In this document: one piece after another, positions 49,154-51,660 of the stretch | Layout of the letters: each line of letters opens with the position of its first letter | Position numbering within the stretch: the stretch's first letter is position 1 | NCBI GenBank assembly: GCA_022013385.1 | Contig: JAKLQJ010000061.1 | Span: forward strand, 1 to 51,660 | Length of the DNA: 51,660 bases | Direction: 5' to 3' | From: Elusimicrobiota bacterium | GTDB taxonomy: Bacteria; Elusimicrobiota; Elusimicrobia; Elusimicrobiales; UBA9959 | The notes under the pieces: model-generated | Databases searched by the model: none | What the model saw: only the letters and a program-made list of their open reading frames with translations | What the model was told of the DNA's origin: nothing | Position numbers and translations under genes: made by a program

Positions 49154-49834
49154 TTAATTCCAAAAGTTATTGGCTTGATCTTCTTTTTTTGACGGCGCTA
49201 TTATATTTACGAAAACGCCGGGGACGGTAACATTTTCAGGGTCAAGCTCGCCCGGTTCCACAATCTTATCAGCTTCAACAATAACTGTTTTAGCGGCCAT
49301 AGCCATGACAAGATTAAAATTTTTAGCCGATTTAGCTATAAAACAATTGCCATATTTATCGCAAATATTGGCTTTTATAATTGCAAAATCCGCTTCTATA
49401 GGAGTTTCAAGCAAATAATCTTTTTCCGTTACCGTAATTTTTTGTTTTCCGTTTTCAACTTCAGTGCCTATGCCCGTGGGGGTTAATACTCCGCCGAGCC
49501 CGGCGCCTTTTGCTCTTATTCTTTCGGCCAATGTGCCTTGCGGAACAAGTTCTACTTCCAATTCCTTTGAATTCATTTTTTTGCCCGCCACAGGATTTAA
49601 GCCTATATGAGAAACGATAAGTTTTTTTGTTCGGTTCTGGCAAACAAGTTTGCCTATGCCGACATCTGGAAAACCCGCATCATTTGTAATTAAAGTGAGG
49701 TTTTTAACGCCACTGTCGATAATTGCATTGATAACTGAAAAAGGATGGCCGCAACACATAAAACCGCCTATCATTATTGATGAGTTATCTCGGATATTTG
49801 CCGCCGCTTCTTGAGGAGTTTTGATTGGTTTCAT
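49154..49834 (-). CDS. family I 3-oxoacid CoA-transferase, subunit A
   Basis: MKPIKTPQEAAANIRDNSSIMIGGF... The ATG at 49834 follows GGAG. The ORF-track upstream extension is AT-rich junk. Confidence 0.9.
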   Translation of the reverse strand: MKPIKTPQEAAANIRDNSSIMIGGFMCCGHPFSVINAIIDSGVKNLTLITNDAGFPDVGIGKLVCQNRTKKLIVSHIGLNPVAGKKMNSKELEVELVPQGTLAERIRAKGAGLGGVLTPTGIGTEVENGKQKITVTEKDYLLETPIEADFAIIKANICDKYGNCFIAKSAKNFNLVMAMAAKTVIVEADKIVEPGELDPENVTVPGVFVNIIAPSKKEDQANNFWN

Positions 49835-49971
49835 TGTTTTTCTCCGCTTATTGTGGGAACGAAGGGATAAATATATTGTATCAAAATAATTATAAAACCT
49901 TACAAAAATTATAAAAAACATTTTACAAACATTCACTTAATATCTAACACGAATTCCTCTTGGAATTATAG

Positions 49972-50187
<216 letters not shown>

Positions 50188-50239
50188 CCTGTCCCACTTC
50201 GGAAGTGGGATTGGTTCTAAGCAGAGTCTTAGTCGTATT

Positions 50240-50944
50240 TTATTTTCCGGCAGGTTCTTCGGTGTTGGTCGTTTGATGCGCATAGCACCTTGTGACGACA
50301 CCCGGCATAGCCTTGAATTTTTGGTCATGCAAGACAAGGATGAAAGAAACAATAGCCGCCACTGTCTTTTTGGAATAATCATAAGTGTTAAAATAACCGC
50401 TTATATTGTGGCTGTCTATCGCAAGATTCAATCGAAAATCGTTTATGTTGTAAGAGAATCTACCATCATTAAAACGCTTATTCAGCATAACATTTATATA
50501 TTTGTGCTGCTGTTCGTCGTAAATATTGCCACTGATGACATAATCTTCATTCCATTTACTCATTGTAAGATTAATGCCATTGCCACTTAGATGGTAGTTA
50601 TCATTAGCCGCCTTTCTTATGTCGCTCCATTTATAATCGGAATCAACTATTGAACGAACGCTATAATTATTGGCAAAAACTTTTTTAACTATCACATCGA
50701 TTCGAGCGAAAGAATCGTCGGCTTTAGTTTCATTTATGGCGCTAAAACACCTTATTTGCATCAATAGACTTATTTGAGCATTGCTACTTTTTTTATTGGA
50801 TTTTTGAACTTCCTTTGCGGCTATGGGCTGTATTATTCCAATATCGGACAATTGTAAATCGGACGCTTTAATATTATCAAGTTGAAAAGCGTGTATAGAA
50901 CTTATAAAAAAAAAAACAAAAATTAAAAAAAAGAACGGCTTCAT
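50240..50944 (-). CDS. secreted hypothetical protein; C-terminal tail repeat-encoded
   Basis: Signal peptide MKPFFFLIFVFFFISSIHA. The last 25 or so codons (KAMPGVVTRCYAHQTTN...) read through a CATAGC-type repeat at 50268-50318. Confidence 0.5.
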   Translation of the reverse strand: MKPFFFLIFVFFFISSIHAFQLDNIKASDLQLSDIGIIQPIAAKEVQKSNKKSSNAQISLLMQIRCFSAINETKADDSFARIDVIVKKVFANNYSVRSIVDSDYKWSDIRKAANDNYHLSGNGINLTMSKWNEDYVISGNIYDEQQHKYINVMLNKRFNDGRFSYNINDFRLNLAIDSHNISGYFNTYDYSKKTVAAIVSFILVLHDQKFKAMPGVVTRCYAHQTTNTEEPAGK

Positions 50945-51077
50945 TGTTTTGCCTCCATGCTCACAATATTATACAAATATTCGTTTTGGTTTAAGAGAAT
51001 TTTGGCCTATTCAAACATGAGCATTAATGAGCATTAAGACCTATGCGGCAGGTAAATAATTTGCTAGATTTTCAACT

Positions 51078-51329
51078 ATGAATGATATTAAAATTCTTCT
51101 TATAGCGCTTGCCTTGTCCGCTGATACATTCGCGGTATCTGTGGCAAGCGGCGCCAACATTAAACAATCTTATTTGGCCAATGCGCTTAAAATGGGGATT
51201 ATCTTTGCCGCGTTTCAGGGTTTAATGCCTATCATAGGGTGGCTTGCCGGTAATGGGATGGAAAAATTTGTTTCGGGTTTTGCTCACTGGATAGCGTTCC
51301 TGCTTCTTATTATTATCGGCGGAAAATGA
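51078..51329 (+). CDS. mntP: manganese efflux pump MntP, N-terminal half (first DUF204 repeat)
   Basis: LIALALSADTFAVSVASG...GLMPIIGW...HWIAFLLLIIIGGK is collinear with the first half of MntP. Confidence 0.8.
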   Translation: MNDIKILLIALALSADTFAVSVASGANIKQSYLANALKMGIIFAAFQGLMPIIGWLAGNGMEKFVSGFAHWIAFLLLIIIGGK

Positions 51330-51637
51330 TTCGGGAATCTTTTAAAAAAAATGACAATAAAGGAAAAGATGTTTTCAGGCTTTCCATTATTTTTCTTCTT
51401 GCCATAGCCACCAGTATAGATGCTTTAGCCATTGGCATAACTTTCTCAATGCTTAATGTTTCCATATTTTATCCCGCCATAATCATTGGGATAATAACAT
51501 TTATCGTCGCGCTTTTGGGTGCGTTTATTGGAAAAAAAATGGCTCATTTTTTTGAAAATAGGCTTAAATTTCTCGGCGGCGCGATACTGATTCTTATCGG
51601 CCTTAAAGTTCTTCTTGAACGCTTAATTAAGGAATAA
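51326..51637 (+). CDS. mntP: manganese efflux pump MntP, C-terminal half (second DUF204 repeat)
   Basis: MIRESFKK...LLAIATSIDALAIGITFS...ILIGLKVL. Its start overlaps the stop of the first half (ATGA at 51326-51329). Confidence 0.8.
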   Translation: MIRESFKKNDNKGKDVFRLSIIFLLAIATSIDALAIGITFSMLNVSIFYPAIIIGIITFIVALLGAFIGKKMAHFFENRLKFLGGAILILIGLKVLLERLIKE

Positions 51638-51660
51638 GAGTATTTGGCTATTCGATAGGC

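Overview
This is an AT-rich, very repeat-dense bacterial chromosomal window. No rRNA, tRNA or CRISPR array was recognised.

- **Left flank (0-8.8 kb):** housekeeping genes: rplU-rpmA-obg, a squalene/phytoene-synthase-like gene, anmK and argF.
- **8.8-13.3 kb:** an IS200/RAYT-like Y1-transposase element with perfect 20-bp terminal inverted repeats, plus an internally deleted second copy. Together they bracket a metal/arsenical module: a CDF pump, ArsR, an ArsP-type permease and two thioredoxin-fold genes, one of them broken by a 49-bp insertion.
- **13.3-32.6 kb, all minus strand:** a gas-vesicle (gvp) island of about 19 kb.
  - Core genes: gvpA, gvpN, three further GvpA/J/M-fold genes (one fused to gvpK, one frameshifted), gvpG, three GvpO-like ORFs and four gvpF/L paralogues.
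  - Unusual embedded set: an actin/MreB-fold ATPase, a GvpF/L-J-domain fusion, a Cdc48-like double AAA+ ATPase, and a Get3-like ArsA ATPase overlapping an Hsp20.
  - Also embedded: two six-fold CxxCxGxG zinc-finger proteins, four paralogous small winged-helix proteins, paralogous coiled-coil proteins, and two long-period repeat proteins in the gvpC position.
  - This island is the best candidate for a previously undescribed system.
- **33-50 kb:** a co-directional catabolic cluster. It holds saccharopine-pathway lysine genes, an ALDH7-type dehydrogenase, an HMG-CoA-lyase-like gene, family III and family I CoA-transferases, and LeuCD/HacAB-like and IDH-like genes. It also contains gene remnants (pta, a B12-binding domain).
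- **Right edge:** a split mntP.
- **Repeats:** short modular palindromic repeats fill most intergenic regions, supply some ribosome-binding sites and run into several ORFs.

All calls rest on reading the sequence and translations by eye. No database search was run.
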